The notes beneath the pieces are model-generated. The model was not told the DNA's origin and did no database searches. It saw only the letters and a list, made by a program, of their open reading frames with translations. This document shows, piece by piece, positions 34,992-45,088 of a stretch of DNA of 60,400 nucleotides. Made by a program: the position numbers and the translations under genes. How positions within the stretch are numbered: position 1 is the stretch's first letter; every line of letters begins with the position of its first letter. Origin of the DNA: a virus; IMG/VR virus record IMGVR_UViG_3300045988_043806; one strand, written 5' to 3'.

Positions 34992-37900
34992 CTACCCCTC
35001 CTTTACTACCGGCATATTTGAAAATACCTGTTCCAGTCTGTCAGCAATTTCTCCTCCCAGTTCATCAGCCATTGACTTCATGTTCTTTCGGATAATTGCC
35101 ATGATGCTTGCCTCATCCATTTTTCCGGTGCCTGAATCCGAAATATTGAACTGCGGTGACATCTGGATATTAAGGTTTATATTTGTCTTTCCGGTTTCCA
35201 CTGTGCTCGAACTGCTCAAAGGTTCATCTGCGATATCTGAATCGCTTTCTGTACCCTCTGTGAATCCGTTATAGCCTGTGGCTCCGTTTCTAATCGCTTC
35301 GGCTAACAAATTATCATTGAGAGATAAAAAGTCCGAAATGGAGCTGTAAGCAAACATTTCTGTTGCTGTACTTCCGATGGTTGTACTTCCACTTCCTCCA
35401 CCTAAAGGTGTTGCCTCTCCGATGATGTTTCCATTCGCATTTGCCTGTACTCCGAGAATGTCCCCAACCTCTTTGTACAGTTCCAGTGCTCTGTTTCTTC
35501 TGCCAGGAACTAAAGGTATGATTGCCTCCGGTCCCTCTTCTCCAACCCATGACAACTGCTTGTCATTTACATAACCGCCGCTTGCATGAGCCGATACGGT
35601 AAGTGTTGTACTTCCACTTCCTCCACCGCCTATCGTGAACGTCTTTGTCGGATTCACAAGTGAATAGTCCAGGGTTACGCTTACCGGCATTGTTGTAGAA
35701 ACGCCTGCACCAAACGCACTGTTTACGGAACTATCCGTATTTGATTTCAGTGCATCTACTGCACTGTTAATCTGTGCCATATCAGCATTTGTAATAGCAC
35801 TGCTGATTCCACTTCCAACAGCCGCACCTACACCGGAGTAATCCGCAGTCTGGAAAGCTGTTGCCGCATCGGTTCCAGATTTTGTTCCAAGCTCCGCAAA
35901 TGCTGTTGAGAATGCTGACGTATCAGTATTCAAAATCGAATCACTCATTTTCGTGCTTAATGTTGTGCCAATACTAGAAAAATCTGCGCTCTCGAAAGAG
36001 CTGTTCATCGCTTCTTTGTATTGCTCTACTATGGATTCGTATGCCTCATTGGAAATTGGACCGTACTCTGCCATGACTTCCTCCATCGTTGGAATGGATT
36101 CTTTCAGACTTTGCACGATTTCCTCTTTAGCTGTCGGTGCCATATTTTCTGCTGTTGCCACCAACTCCTGATAGATGTTTTCAAAAGCTGATGTGTCTAT
36201 TGTCATATCATCAAGTCCAAGCCATCCCATCATATCTTCCTGGGTCCAGCTTGATATATCCGGTTTTTCTGATAATGCAGTCTGTAAAGCAGCGTTCAAT
36301 TTTTCAGAAACGCTACCCTCCATATCCGGCATAATACCGGTAAGCTCATCATTCCAAGCCTCTGCTATCGTATCCAGATTGAAACTTGATACTCTCACCT
36401 CCATATCGTTGATGTTTGCGTAATATCCATCGGTAGCCTGCTGTACAGCCGCATCGTACTGCTCCTGTGTGATAGCTCCCTCGGATAACTGTAAATTAAG
36501 GTTTGTGAGGGTTACTGTAAGCGCATTATCATAAGTTTCTTTGAAAGAACTTACCTGTGCCTGCAACTCCTCCTGCAACTGATTGAATGAATCAATATCA
36601 AGACTTGCACCATTTCCGTACTTGATTTTCAAGGTCTGGAACGATGCATCCTCCTGCGCTTTTGATACTTTCTCTGTAATTTCTGTAATCTGTTCTTGCA
36701 GATTTGTGATTTCTTTCGATTCATCCAGCGTGATAACTCCATCTTCCAGGGCAATGTTCACTGTATCACTCAATTTTCCCGATAGTTCTTCTATCTGGGA
36801 TTTCATGTTGTTATACATACTGTCAAGCCCCTCTGTGCTGCCCTCGCCGTTTGTAAGCAATTCTAGGGCAACTGTAGCCTCGTAATGGCTGTTTTCGATG
36901 TAGTCCTGCGCCGACTTCACAAAATTATCAATGGATGTTTTGTAATCATCCATATCCGTTTCGGATAACTGCATACCCAGACCAACTTTCCAGTTTTCCT
37001 TTTTCATCGTGGAAACAGAACTCTCCAAAGATGATAAGGATTCTTTTGCGCTCTCCGTTGCCTCATTGAACTTTGTAATTCCATCGCCCATATCAGCAAA
37101 CGTGATTTTGTTCGCAAGGTCTTTAATTTCACTAAGCGATAACTTTATGTTACCGAAAGCCTCTTTTCCGACCTTTGCAACATCCTCCTGGATGTATGAT
37201 GCAAGCTGTTCTGCGGTTACGGAACTGTCATTCATTGCATCGTTCAAATCATCATTCGCAAATCTTACTTTGTCGATTGATAATCCAGTGGCATCGAATA
37301 CCTTTTGAGCTTTTTCAGCTTCTTTCTGCATCTCCTCCACATTGTCCTGATACTCTTTCTTGACCTTGTTTCCCTTTATCCAACCTGCAATGCCTCCAAC
37401 TCCTGCGCCTACCAAGGCACCTACCGCAGTACCAAGACCAGGAATAATGCTACCGCTTGCCGCGCCTACGGCTGCTCCGGCTGCAACTCCCCCTGCTTTC
37501 CATGCGGCGGATTCTCCATAAGCTGACTTTTCGGCTTTATCATCGGATTTCAATGCTTTGTACGCATCAATTCCTGCACTTACAAGTGTTGCTCCTGCGG
37601 CTACCCCTCCGGCTGTACCGGCTGTTCCTGCCGCAATCAATCCTGCACCGGTAGTGGCTCCAGAACCGAGTGTGTTTCCAATCATACCCATCGTTACGCC
37701 AAGTCCTTTTAGACCGGTTCCCTTTGCGGCTGAACCTATGATTGAACTTCCAATACTTCCGGCCAGTGATGTTCCGGTGGCTGCATCTTTACCGAAAATT
37801 GCTTTTCCTACGCTGAAAGCACCTTTGCCAAGGCTCGCAACTGGACCTGCGATTTTGGCAAGCATAATTGCAGAAAAAATGGAGGATAAATCTGCCGATT

Positions 37901-39617
37901 CTCCCCCTGGAAGTAACTTTCCTGCGCTCTTTACCATATTCCCGAAGCCCTCAAACAGTTTGCTTGCTATCGCATCTGTATCGAACCCCTCTGCAAATCC
38001 TTTCGCAAACGAAGCCCCAACGCTCGCACCCTCATTCAAAGTGTCCGAAACATCCACTCCAAGAAGTGTTAATATTCCGAGCTTTAATCCGGTTCCGATG
38101 CTGGTTCCCATATCGCCTGCAATATCTGCGATTTTCTGCTTTCCGGTGCTGTGCCACCATTCGCTGAACGGTTCTGCGATGAAATCATCCCAGGCAAGTT
38201 TCACTTTTCCGAAGAAATCCGCATTTTTCCACTCATCCGACTGTGATAATTCTTTGAATTTCCTCTTCATTCGGTCCACTTTGCTGTCTACCCAGTCCAT
38301 CATCTCATTAAGTCCCTGCTCAACTTCCGGCATCTGCTCCGTCAGCCAATCCGCAATGCCTCTCACATAAGGAGATAATCTTTCTCCGAATGAGATTTTT
38401 ACTCCATCCATAGCTGATTGCAGCAATGTGATTGAACCCTCTAAGTTATCCAGCATAGTGTCAGACATTTTAGATGCGGCTCCATCTGCATTGTTGATAG
38501 ATTCAGCCAGTTTGTTGTAATCGGATTCTGTCGCATTGATAATTGCCAGCATACCAGACATAGCCTCTTTACCGAAAATGGTACTTGCGGCTGCTATCTT
38601 TTCGGTTTCAGATAATCTTCCCAGGCTTGAACGTAAATTATCAAGAACGCCTTTCAGCGTTTTCATATTTCTGTTGCTATCCGTAAGGCTGATTCCGTAT
38701 TTCTTCATGGCGGTTGCCATCTTATCTGTTGGTGCCGCCATATTCGCCAACGCTGTTTTTAAGGATGTACCAGCCATCGAACCCTTTACGCTTGCATTTG
38801 CCATCAGTCCCAGGGCAAGAGATGTGTCCTCAATGCTGTACTTCATCGCTCCTGCGATTGGTGCAACATATTTGAAAGATTCTCCCATCATGGAAACATT
38901 GGTATTTGCACTCGCCGCCGACTGTGCCAATACATCTGAAAAATGCGCCGCATCGCTGGCTTTCAAACCAAACGCTGTGAGCGCATCTGTTACAATATCA
39001 CTGGTTGTTCCTAAATCCTCCCCGGATGCAGCTGCCAGGTTCAGGATTCCCTCGATACCATCAAGCATCTGCTGTGAATCCCATCCGGCCATAGCCATAT
39101 AATTAAATGCCTCTGCACTCTGCGTGGCGGTAAATTTTGTGGTCTTTCCCATCTCCTTTGCCTTGGCTGTTAATTTATCGAATTCACTGCCGGTTGCCCC
39201 GCTTACTGCTTTGACCTGTGACATAGCGGCCTCGAAGTCCTTGCATGTATCAATCGTATCTTTCAATCCGATACTGACACCGAGAACCGCCCCCACTTGC
39301 AAGATTGGATTTTTTAGGAGGTTTATTACGCCTCGTATCGGTGCGGTGGCAAGGTCTACTGCTTTCATTGTCACGCTCCAGGTCTTTCTTCCAAAACTGG
39401 TAAGACCACCCTTGATTGTTGACAATATTGGTGAAATCTTATCTTTCGCCTCCAACAGCACCGAATACTTTTCTTTCGCCCATGATAACAAACTTTTCTG
39501 TGTTTTCTGTGCCGACCGGTCAAACTTTGTAACCTCATCATTTGCCTTTTTCGCAGATGTGCTCATTTGGTCGGTAGAGCTTTTCACTTTGTCGACTGCA
39601 TCCTTGACTTTGTTCAT
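34992..39617 (-). CDS. tail tape measure protein
   Basis: 1541 aa. Helical, with a central Gly/Ala-rich hydrophobic region. Lies between the chaperone and baseplate genes. Confidence 0.85.
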   Translation of the reverse strand: MNKVKDAVDKVKSSTDQMSTSAKKANDEVTKFDRSAQKTQKSLLSWAKEKYSVLLEAKDKISPILSTIKGGLTSFGRKTWSVTMKAVDLATAPIRGVINLLKNPILQVGAVLGVSIGLKDTIDTCKDFEAAMSQVKAVSGATGSEFDKLTAKAKEMGKTTKFTATQSAEAFNYMAMAGWDSQQMLDGIEGILNLAAASGEDLGTTSDIVTDALTAFGLKASDAAHFSDVLAQSAASANTNVSMMGESFKYVAPIAGAMKYSIEDTSLALGLMANASVKGSMAGTSLKTALANMAAPTDKMATAMKKYGISLTDSNRNMKTLKGVLDNLRSSLGRLSETEKIAAASTIFGKEAMSGMLAIINATESDYNKLAESINNADGAASKMSDTMLDNLEGSITLLQSAMDGVKISFGERLSPYVRGIADWLTEQMPEVEQGLNEMMDWVDSKVDRMKRKFKELSQSDEWKNADFFGKVKLAWDDFIAEPFSEWWHSTGKQKIADIAGDMGTSIGTGLKLGILTLLGVDVSDTLNEGASVGASFAKGFAEGFDTDAIASKLFEGFGNMVKSAGKLLPGGESADLSSIFSAIMLAKIAGPVASLGKGAFSVGKAIFGKDAATGTSLAGSIGSSIIGSAAKGTGLKGLGVTMGMIGNTLGSGATTGAGLIAAGTAGTAGGVAAGATLVSAGIDAYKALKSDDKAEKSAYGESAAWKAGGVAAGAAVGAASGSIIPGLGTAVGALVGAGVGGIAGWIKGNKVKKEYQDNVEEMQKEAEKAQKVFDATGLSIDKVRFANDDLNDAMNDSSVTAEQLASYIQEDVAKVGKEAFGNIKLSLSEIKDLANKITFADMGDGITKFNEATESAKESLSSLESSVSTMKKENWKVGLGMQLSETDMDDYKTSIDNFVKSAQDYIENSHYEATVALELLTNGEGSTEGLDSMYNNMKSQIEELSGKLSDTVNIALEDGVITLDESKEITNLQEQITEITEKVSKAQEDASFQTLKIKYGNGASLDIDSFNQLQEELQAQVSSFKETYDNALTVTLTNLNLQLSEGAITQEQYDAAVQQATDGYYANINDMEVRVSSFNLDTIAEAWNDELTGIMPDMEGSVSEKLNAALQTALSEKPDISSWTQEDMMGWLGLDDMTIDTSAFENIYQELVATAENMAPTAKEEIVQSLKESIPTMEEVMAEYGPISNEAYESIVEQYKEAMNSSFESADFSSIGTTLSTKMSDSILNTDTSAFSTAFAELGTKSGTDAATAFQTADYSGVGAAVGSGISSAITNADMAQINSAVDALKSNTDSSVNSAFGAGVSTTMPVSVTLDYSLVNPTKTFTIGGGGSGSTTLTVSAHASGGYVNDKQLSWVGEEGPEAIIPLVPGRRNRALELYKEVGDILGVQANANGNIIGEATPLGGGSGSTTIGSTATEMFAYSSISDFLSLNDNLLAEAIRNGATGYNGFTEGTESDSDIADEPLSSSSTVETGKTNINLNIQMSPQFNISDSGTGKMDEASIMAIIRKNMKSMADELGGEIADRLEQVFSNMPVVKEG

Positions 39618-39675
39618 GTTCTTTTCAACACTCGATGTACCAGGACCAGTGTTATCATCGACTTCGATAGGTATC

Positions 39676-39861
39676 TCAATTCGTATTGTTTCCGCCGTCC
39701 TCCTCTCCTCCTTTCGTGCTTTCTAAATAAATCCGCATGGACGCAAGCATAAACGCCTGTACTCCATGCGGTTTTTTATAAAATTCATCCGGTGTAATTC
39801 CTGTCCGTTGGAATATGTGATGCAACAGACAAGTCTTTCCTCCGGCTTTAATTAGTTTTTT
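39676..39861 (-). CDS. -1 frameshift extension of the tail assembly chaperone
   Basis: The -1 frame is open from the slippery site to TGA at 39678..39676. It encodes ...LIKAGGKTCLLHHIFQRTGITPDEFYKKPHGVQAFMLASMRIYLESTKGGEEDGGNNTN. Confidence 0.5.
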   Translation of the reverse strand, partial: KKLIKAGGKTCLLHHIFQRTGITPDEFYKKPHGVQAFMLASMRIYLESTKGGEEDGGNNTN

Positions 39862-40409
39862 GCTACTTCCTCGATATTCTCCTCGAATCCGCTAAGAGAA
39901 TCGATGCACTCAATAATCTTGTCTTTCTCTCCGGCTTTCAGGCAGTATTCGATAACATCCAGACCATTCATAATCTGGAGGTCTTTTGCTCTAAGGCTTT
40001 CCCATACCTTTTTGTTATCCCAGAGCTTTTCGCGGTCTGCTTCAACCGTCGCTGTATAAATCAGTGCATCTCTGAATTTGACAGTGTTCGTTTCCTCCGG
40101 TAATTTCATACCGAACTGTTTGTTTCTCACGTACTTGGTGTGTTTCTTCTTGCACTTGTTGTATTCCTCTTCGGATAACGGTCTGATTTCAAATGCGAAA
40201 AGCACCTTTCCATTTCTGGCAATTTCGATGCGCTGTGTATCATCTTTCGCATAATCAGCCGCACTGATAAGTCCCTGGATGAAATCATCCTCATTCATTC
40301 TGATGAGGGTTTTGTTCTCCTCTTCGGTTGTTTCCACTTCCGTAACTGCCATGTTCTCCTGCTCCTCATTTACAATCTGTACACTTGCTTTTTTTGTTGT
40401 ATCTGCCAT
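39852..40409 (-). CDS. tail assembly chaperone (XkdN-like), 0-frame product
   Basis: GGAGG RBS before ATG 40409. Lies between the tube and tape-measure genes. Ends in GCA AAA AAC TAA. Confidence 0.65.
   Translation of the reverse strand: MADTTKKASVQIVNEEQENMAVTEVETTEEENKTLIRMNEDDFIQGLISAADYAKDDTQRIEIARNGKVLFAFEIRPLSEEEYNKCKKKHTKYVRNKQFGMKLPEETNTVKFRDALIYTATVEADREKLWDNKKVWESLRAKDLQIMNGLDVIEYCLKAGEKDKIIECIDSLSGFEENIEEVAKN
39855..39861 (-). promoter_or_regulatory. programmed -1 ribosomal frameshift slippery heptamer A_AAA_AAC
   Basis: Coding strand gcA AAA AAC taa, in the canonical X_XXY_YYZ register, one codon before the stop. Confidence 0.55.
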
Positions 40410-40499
40410 ATCGTTTTTTCCTCCATCTTTCAAAAAATATTGTTAAAATTAAATGGAGGATGCCATCTCGGCACCCTCCGGTGAATCGCACTGTATTTC

Positions 40500-40958
40500 T
40501 TAACCCAGTGCAAGTAAGTTCTGTAATTTCGGTGGTCTGTTGACCGCAAAGTTCCATGCTCTCTTGATAACATCCCCGACGGTAATGTTCTGTAAATCAA
40601 CCTGTCCACTCGGAATGCACTCACGATACACCATTCTTTCCTCGGTGTCGTTTCTTCCCTTGAGCACGCCCTGGAAATCCCATACAGGCATTGTCTGTGA
40701 TTCCATAGCCTCGACAAGCTCCTGGATGAAAGCATCATCCTCAACCACAACCTGGGACATTGTAAGGGCAACCTTAAATGTGTTTGCGGTTTCAAGCTCC
40801 TGCGCATTTCCTAAAACGGAATATGCGGCATTGTTATAAGTTACATTAGCTGTGAAGCTGTCTACGGTAGCCAGCAACACGCCGTCAGCGTTGTAAATCG
40901 CTCCATCTTTACCGGTTCTCGCAAAACGAGAATCTCCGGCTGCTCTTGTGTTAATCAT
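40500..40958 (-). CDS. tail tube protein (XkdM-like)
   Basis: 152 aa, immediately after the sheath gene. Size and position are typical of PBSX-type tube proteins. Confidence 0.7.
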   Translation of the reverse strand: MINTRAAGDSRFARTGKDGAIYNADGVLLATVDSFTANVTYNNAAYSVLGNAQELETANTFKVALTMSQVVVEDDAFIQELVEAMESQTMPVWDFQGVLKGRNDTEERMVYRECIPSGQVDLQNITVGDVIKRAWNFAVNRPPKLQNLLALG

Positions 40959-40972
40959 CTTCCGTTACCTCC

Positions 40973-42379
40973 TTATGCATTTGTGCTGAACTGGAATCTA
41001 TAAGACAGGTAGATGTGTTCCATAGAATCCTTGTCAACAACGTCAATATCAAACCAAGCACTGTCCCCATCAGCCACATTTACTGCGCTTTCGGAAACGG
41101 TAATCGCTGTCAGTTTTCCCTCGGCAATCATATTGTCACCGATTGCCTGTAACTGGCTTACTACAGTGCTTCGACCATCATTGTCATTGTCTACCTTTCC
41201 GACAAGTGCATCTGCCGCCGCATTCATTCTGCGGATAAGCTCGAATCTGGTCTTTACTCTTCTGATTTTCTTCCAACCATCATCCTGATTGTCAGCCGGT
41301 GTAATAAGAGTGTTGATAGCATTATCAATCCACACCTGTTTTGCGCTGCTGTAGCTGAGTACGATGCAGCCTTTCTTTTCTGCAGCAATCATCTGTGTAT
41401 TTGTGAGGCGTTCCAGGATTTCACTGAATCCACTCACAACAGTATGTGTAAGGGAAGAATTTGAAGCGCAAGCTCCAATCATTCCTGCCAAACGTGCCGC
41501 CGTCTGGTATCCGTCAATCTCCTTGCCCTGCTCATTCACATAAGCATTGAGAACATAGTTCATTTTTTCATCATTGAATGATGCCGCATGGCTCATTCTG
41601 GTTTCCAGGTCAACAGTATGCTTTTCTGCTACAACTCCCTGTGTCAGGGAACCTACACCGAAAATACGTTTCATGAATGACTGCATCAGGATATGTACTG
41701 CTGTTTCCTCCGTATCAACACAGATTGTATTGAACTCGTAAGGCTCGACAGCTACAAATCCGTTTGAGTAATCCTCATTCGTAACCTGCGGGTCGGTTCC
41801 CTGAGTAAAGGCGTTCTGTGATACATTCTTCACGATTGCCTGGTCTTTTCCAGACTGTGCCTCTGCTTTGAATTTCTTCGTTGCTGCAAATGCATCTGCA
41901 AGTGCTTTTGCTTCTCCTGCGCCTGCGGTAAATTCGACTCTCTCAAATTCTGTCACACCGGCATAGATGATACACTCTTTCATGGTGCTGTCTGTCAGCT
42001 TTTCCCTTACCGTTACGGTAAAGGCTTTCTTTCCCGGATATGCTGCTGTGATTTTTACTGCCGCCTGTCCATCTGCTGTGTTCAGAGTGGCAGTTGCCGG
42101 TGTTCCTCCATTACCAACTCGGCAAGCAATAATTGTCTGCGCTCCGCCGTTGATTGCCTCCTGGATGGCATCTGTTGTGCCTCCATTACCGAAAGTGTTT
42201 GCAAATCCATCATCGGGATTTAATTCAACCGCAGTATTTAACGGTCCAAAATCGGAACGAAAAAGGACAGCCGTAACACCGCTTACAGTGCCACTCTGCT
42301 GTCCTGTCCCTTTCTTCTGAATATTGAAATATGCTCCCGGTCTGACTTTTGTTTCTCCTAAGACATAAGTTCCAGCCAT
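40973..42379 (-). CDS. contractile tail sheath protein (XkdK-like)
   Basis: 468 aa. N-terminal GTYVLGETKVRPGAYFNI pattern typical of sheath proteins. Confidence 0.8.
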   Translation of the reverse strand: MAGTYVLGETKVRPGAYFNIQKKGTGQQSGTVSGVTAVLFRSDFGPLNTAVELNPDDGFANTFGNGGTTDAIQEAINGGAQTIIACRVGNGGTPATATLNTADGQAAVKITAAYPGKKAFTVTVREKLTDSTMKECIIYAGVTEFERVEFTAGAGEAKALADAFAATKKFKAEAQSGKDQAIVKNVSQNAFTQGTDPQVTNEDYSNGFVAVEPYEFNTICVDTEETAVHILMQSFMKRIFGVGSLTQGVVAEKHTVDLETRMSHAASFNDEKMNYVLNAYVNEQGKEIDGYQTAARLAGMIGACASNSSLTHTVVSGFSEILERLTNTQMIAAEKKGCIVLSYSSAKQVWIDNAINTLITPADNQDDGWKKIRRVKTRFELIRRMNAAADALVGKVDNDNDGRSTVVSQLQAIGDNMIAEGKLTAITVSESAVNVADGDSAWFDIDVVDKDSMEHIYLSYRFQFSTNA

Positions 42380-42382
42380 ATC

Positions 42383-42661
42383 TTATTTGACCTCCTTTTT
42401 CATGAATGCGTCCACAAGCTCTTTGGCTTTAGACACTGTACACGTTGTTACTCCTGCGACTTTTAATGCCGCAACAACACATTCTCTTTGGACTTTGAAA
42501 ATGTTTCCTGCCCCGTCTGCAAGTTCCTCGATTGTGTACTCGGATTCTGCCGGAGCTTTTGGCTCTTCTGCCTGTACCGGTGCAGTATCTTCGACAGCAT
42601 CGGTTTTCTGTTCCTCCACTGCATCTGCTGTGGATTCTGCTTTTGCTCTTGGCATCTTCAT
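42383..42661 (-). CDS. hypothetical protein
   Basis: 92-aa acidic ORF upstream of the sheath gene. Confidence 0.45.
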   Translation of the reverse strand: MKMPRAKAESTADAVEEQKTDAVEDTAPVQAEEPKAPAESEYTIEELADGAGNIFKVQRECVVAALKVAGVTTCTVSKAKELVDAFMKKEVK

Positions 42662-42666
42662 ACCTC

Positions 42667-43554
42667 CTAAAAATAATTTTGCGTGGTTCTATTAAGCTGA
42701 TGTGGTTTTGCTTTGTATCGCAATAAACCATATCTGCCTGTTACAAAAATCTGACCGTCTTTCAGGTAATCAGATTTATTGTCCATCTGTAATTTGCGGA
42801 TAAACATTGGTGAGTAATCCAGCATTGTGACTTCTCCGTCTAGTGACATCGCATTTGTGATAGCGGCTGCCATTTTCAGCCTCATATCAGTGTCCGGGCA
42901 TAAAATATGGATGGCAAGTTTACCATCCATCCAAACAACCGTATTCGTTTCCTCTACTTTTTCCATGCTATTGAGCCTGCAATATATAACAGGCGTTTCT
43001 CTTGAAGCCTCTGTAATTTCCTCCATACGGTCAAGCCCTACCACGATGCACTCTGGATACAGTTCTTTTACGAACTTATTCATTGCCATTACCGGGTCCG
43101 GGTCGGTTGTTTCCTGGCTTGTATATTCCAGGATGTCAAACCTCACATCGCTACCGATAATAAGGTCTGTTTTGCTTTCTGCCAGTTCAAATGCGTCCGT
43201 CCGGTTCCATGCGAATGCATACAGCTTTCCATCTTCGGAATGGAGCAACACATCTTTCAGACAATCCCGAACCAGCGGTTCAAGCATTTCCGGTGTTATA
43301 TCTTCCTCTGTCGCATCCTCTGTGTTCTGGCATAGCAACGATACAGACAATGTTCCTGCGCTCTTCCGCTCCTCATCCGCCTGCATATCATAGTTATATA
43401 CAAGCCTCGGATAATGAACATCTGTGCCCCAGTTCTGGTTATCCTTTGGAGCCTCCGGGCTGAATATCGCCGGGTAATCTCCAAACTTGGCAAGGAATTT
43501 TGTTAATCCCTCACGCTCTGTAAATCTTTTTTGAATCAGTTCTTCCAGTTTCAT
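42667..43554 (-). CDS. hypothetical structural protein (neck/tail completion?)
   Basis: 295-aa ORF in the head-tail joining region. No confident family. Confidence 0.45.
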   Translation of the reverse strand: MKLEELIQKRFTEREGLTKFLAKFGDYPAIFSPEAPKDNQNWGTDVHYPRLVYNYDMQADEERKSAGTLSVSLLCQNTEDATEEDITPEMLEPLVRDCLKDVLLHSEDGKLYAFAWNRTDAFELAESKTDLIIGSDVRFDILEYTSQETTDPDPVMAMNKFVKELYPECIVVGLDRMEEITEASRETPVIYCRLNSMEKVEETNTVVWMDGKLAIHILCPDTDMRLKMAAAITNAMSLDGEVTMLDYSPMFIRKLQMDNKSDYLKDGQIFVTGRYGLLRYKAKPHQLNRTTQNYF

Positions 43555-43859
43555 TCCTGCCCTCCATTCTCGACAGGCTCCTCCTCATGCGTTATGCCGT
43601 ACTCATATACTTCGGACATATCCACAGACCATCGGATTTCCCATTGCCCTGCGGCTGCCTCTGATGCCAGGATAAAAAAATGATTCGTCACATTCCCAAT
43701 GCCCGGATGAAACTGCACCGCAATTTCATTTCCGTTCACTCCTGTAACGAATCCACTCTTTCCTGCATCCCATGAGGAATGCTTTGCATATATGAGATTG
43801 CCTTTCGCTATGGCGGATGTGTCGAACTGCTTCACTGGCTTTTCTGTAATCAGTTCCAT
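43551..43859 (-). CDS. hypothetical protein
   Basis: 102-aa ORF in the head-tail joining region. Confidence 0.45.
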   Translation of the reverse strand: MELITEKPVKQFDTSAIAKGNLIYAKHSSWDAGKSGFVTGVNGNEIAVQFHPGIGNVTNHFFILASEAAAGQWEIRWSVDMSEVYEYGITHEEEPVENGGQE

Positions 43860-43873
43860 CTCTTCGCCTCCTA

Positions 43874-44308
43874 TCAGCTATCTTCGCTGAAAATACTTTC
43901 TATTTCCGGCAGTGCCTTTTCTTTGATTTTTTCCACATACGGTCTTGCCGCCATTTTGCTTGTACCGTTTTCCAAATACCCTGCATACGGAACCTGGCTT
44001 TCGATGTATGCCGTATATTTTGCTCCACCACTTCCAGATGAACCACCATCAACGCCTTTGGCCCACTGTAATCGCAATGCACCTGTTCTTCTTGCCGGTG
44101 GTTCTCCGGGTGATGATGCCTGATAGGTACGTTTTGAATGCGGCTTGCGGTATCTCTTTCCGCCTCTCTGTCCTTTCAGCACTTCCAGCTCTGCATTTCT
44201 CAATGCATTATTTACTCTGGCTGCCTTTGACCGGACTTTCTGATTGATGTGCTTTACCTCTTTTTCGACTGCCTCTCTTACTCCATCAGGAGCCTGTTCT
44301 GGTGTCAT
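43874..44308 (-). CDS. HK97 gp10-family head-tail joining protein
   Basis: 144 aa. SSPGEPPARRTGALRLQW...YAGYLENGTSKMAARPY pattern. Confidence 0.6.
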   Translation of the reverse strand: MTPEQAPDGVREAVEKEVKHINQKVRSKAARVNNALRNAELEVLKGQRGGKRYRKPHSKRTYQASSPGEPPARRTGALRLQWAKGVDGGSSGSGGAKYTAYIESQVPYAGYLENGTSKMAARPYVEKIKEKALPEIESIFSEDS

Positions 44309-44663
44309 TTTTTATATCATCCCTTTCCTCGACATAATACAGGGTGGAAATTCCAAGACCTCCTGTATCATCTACTGCAACAACATAAAAAACACGATTT
44401 CCCAGCACTAATTTATCAGTTTTCTTCGCTAAAGGTGTTCCTCTCTGCACAATCGTATGTGTAACGGTATGGTCCTCGGTAGACTTATTTTTCGCAGTTT
44501 CTGTGGTTGCATCTGCAAGGCATCCATACAGAGTTTTTATGCCGTCCCCTTTATGGTCATTCACTACTCGCCCGGTGGATGTCACTTTCTGCCGGTTATT
44601 TTCAATCACAAATTCTTTGAAAAGGTTGCCAGGTCTTAAATACATCATGTTTGCATTTATCAT
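44286..44663 (-). CDS. head-tail adaptor / head closure protein
   Basis: 125 aa. LVLGNRVFYVVAVDD...YYVEE pattern and position. Confidence 0.5.
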   Translation of the reverse strand: MINANMMYLRPGNLFKEFVIENNRQKVTSTGRVVNDHKGDGIKTLYGCLADATTETAKNKSTEDHTVTHTIVQRGTPLAKKTDKLVLGNRVFYVVAVDDTGGLGISTLYYVEERDDIKNDTRTGS

Positions 44664-45079
44664 CCCTGCCTCGTCCTTTCATTCTCCTGCATACCGGTAA
44701 AGAAATACGGTGGTTTCTTGCCTACGTTTCCTGCAAATGCCGGAACGGAAATATTTTCGGCTTTGACTTCTTTCTTCAATGCCTCGTATGCCTCTTTCCA
44801 GGTTTCCGCCCTTTCGTGTAGGCTCAAAGATAATGGTCCTGTCTTTGTATCCACCTCATACGAAAAACGCCGGTAGATACTCTCTACCAGCATCAGCTTT
44901 GCTTTCTTCCATGACTTCGGGTACATTTCAATGGCAGCATTGATTTCCTCATCCGTTACCGCACAAGTATTTTCGGCTCCCTGTACCATCGTATCGCCAA
45001 GCTCAAAACGCATACGGCTCATCGTGTTTCCTTTAAGGTCTGCCGGGTTGTAACTGTAAGTTCCTGTTGCCATATTCAC
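44660..45079 (-). CDS. head-tail connector (gp6-like)
   Basis: 139 aa. Position immediately after the capsid-associated genes. Confidence 0.45.
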   Translation of the reverse strand: MNMATGTYSYNPADLKGNTMSRMRFELGDTMVQGAENTCAVTDEEINAAIEMYPKSWKKAKLMLVESIYRRFSYEVDTKTGPLSLSLHERAETWKEAYEALKKEVKAENISVPAFAGNVGKKPPYFFTGMQENERTRQG

Positions 45080-45088
45080 GCACCGCCT

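Noticed and set aside
37558-38370. 270-aa plus-strand ORF, and the similar 39124..39726 and 38536..39102 ORFs.
   Set aside because: They are antisense to the tape measure gene. Their Pro/Ala/Ser-rich composition mirrors the Gly/Ala-rich coding strand.
40366-40807. Minus-strand ORFs 40430..40807 (125 aa) and 40366..40557 (63 aa).
   Set aside because: They are alternative frames overlapping the tail tube gene and the chaperone start. Their Arg/Leu/Ser-rich composition is typical of out-of-frame translation.
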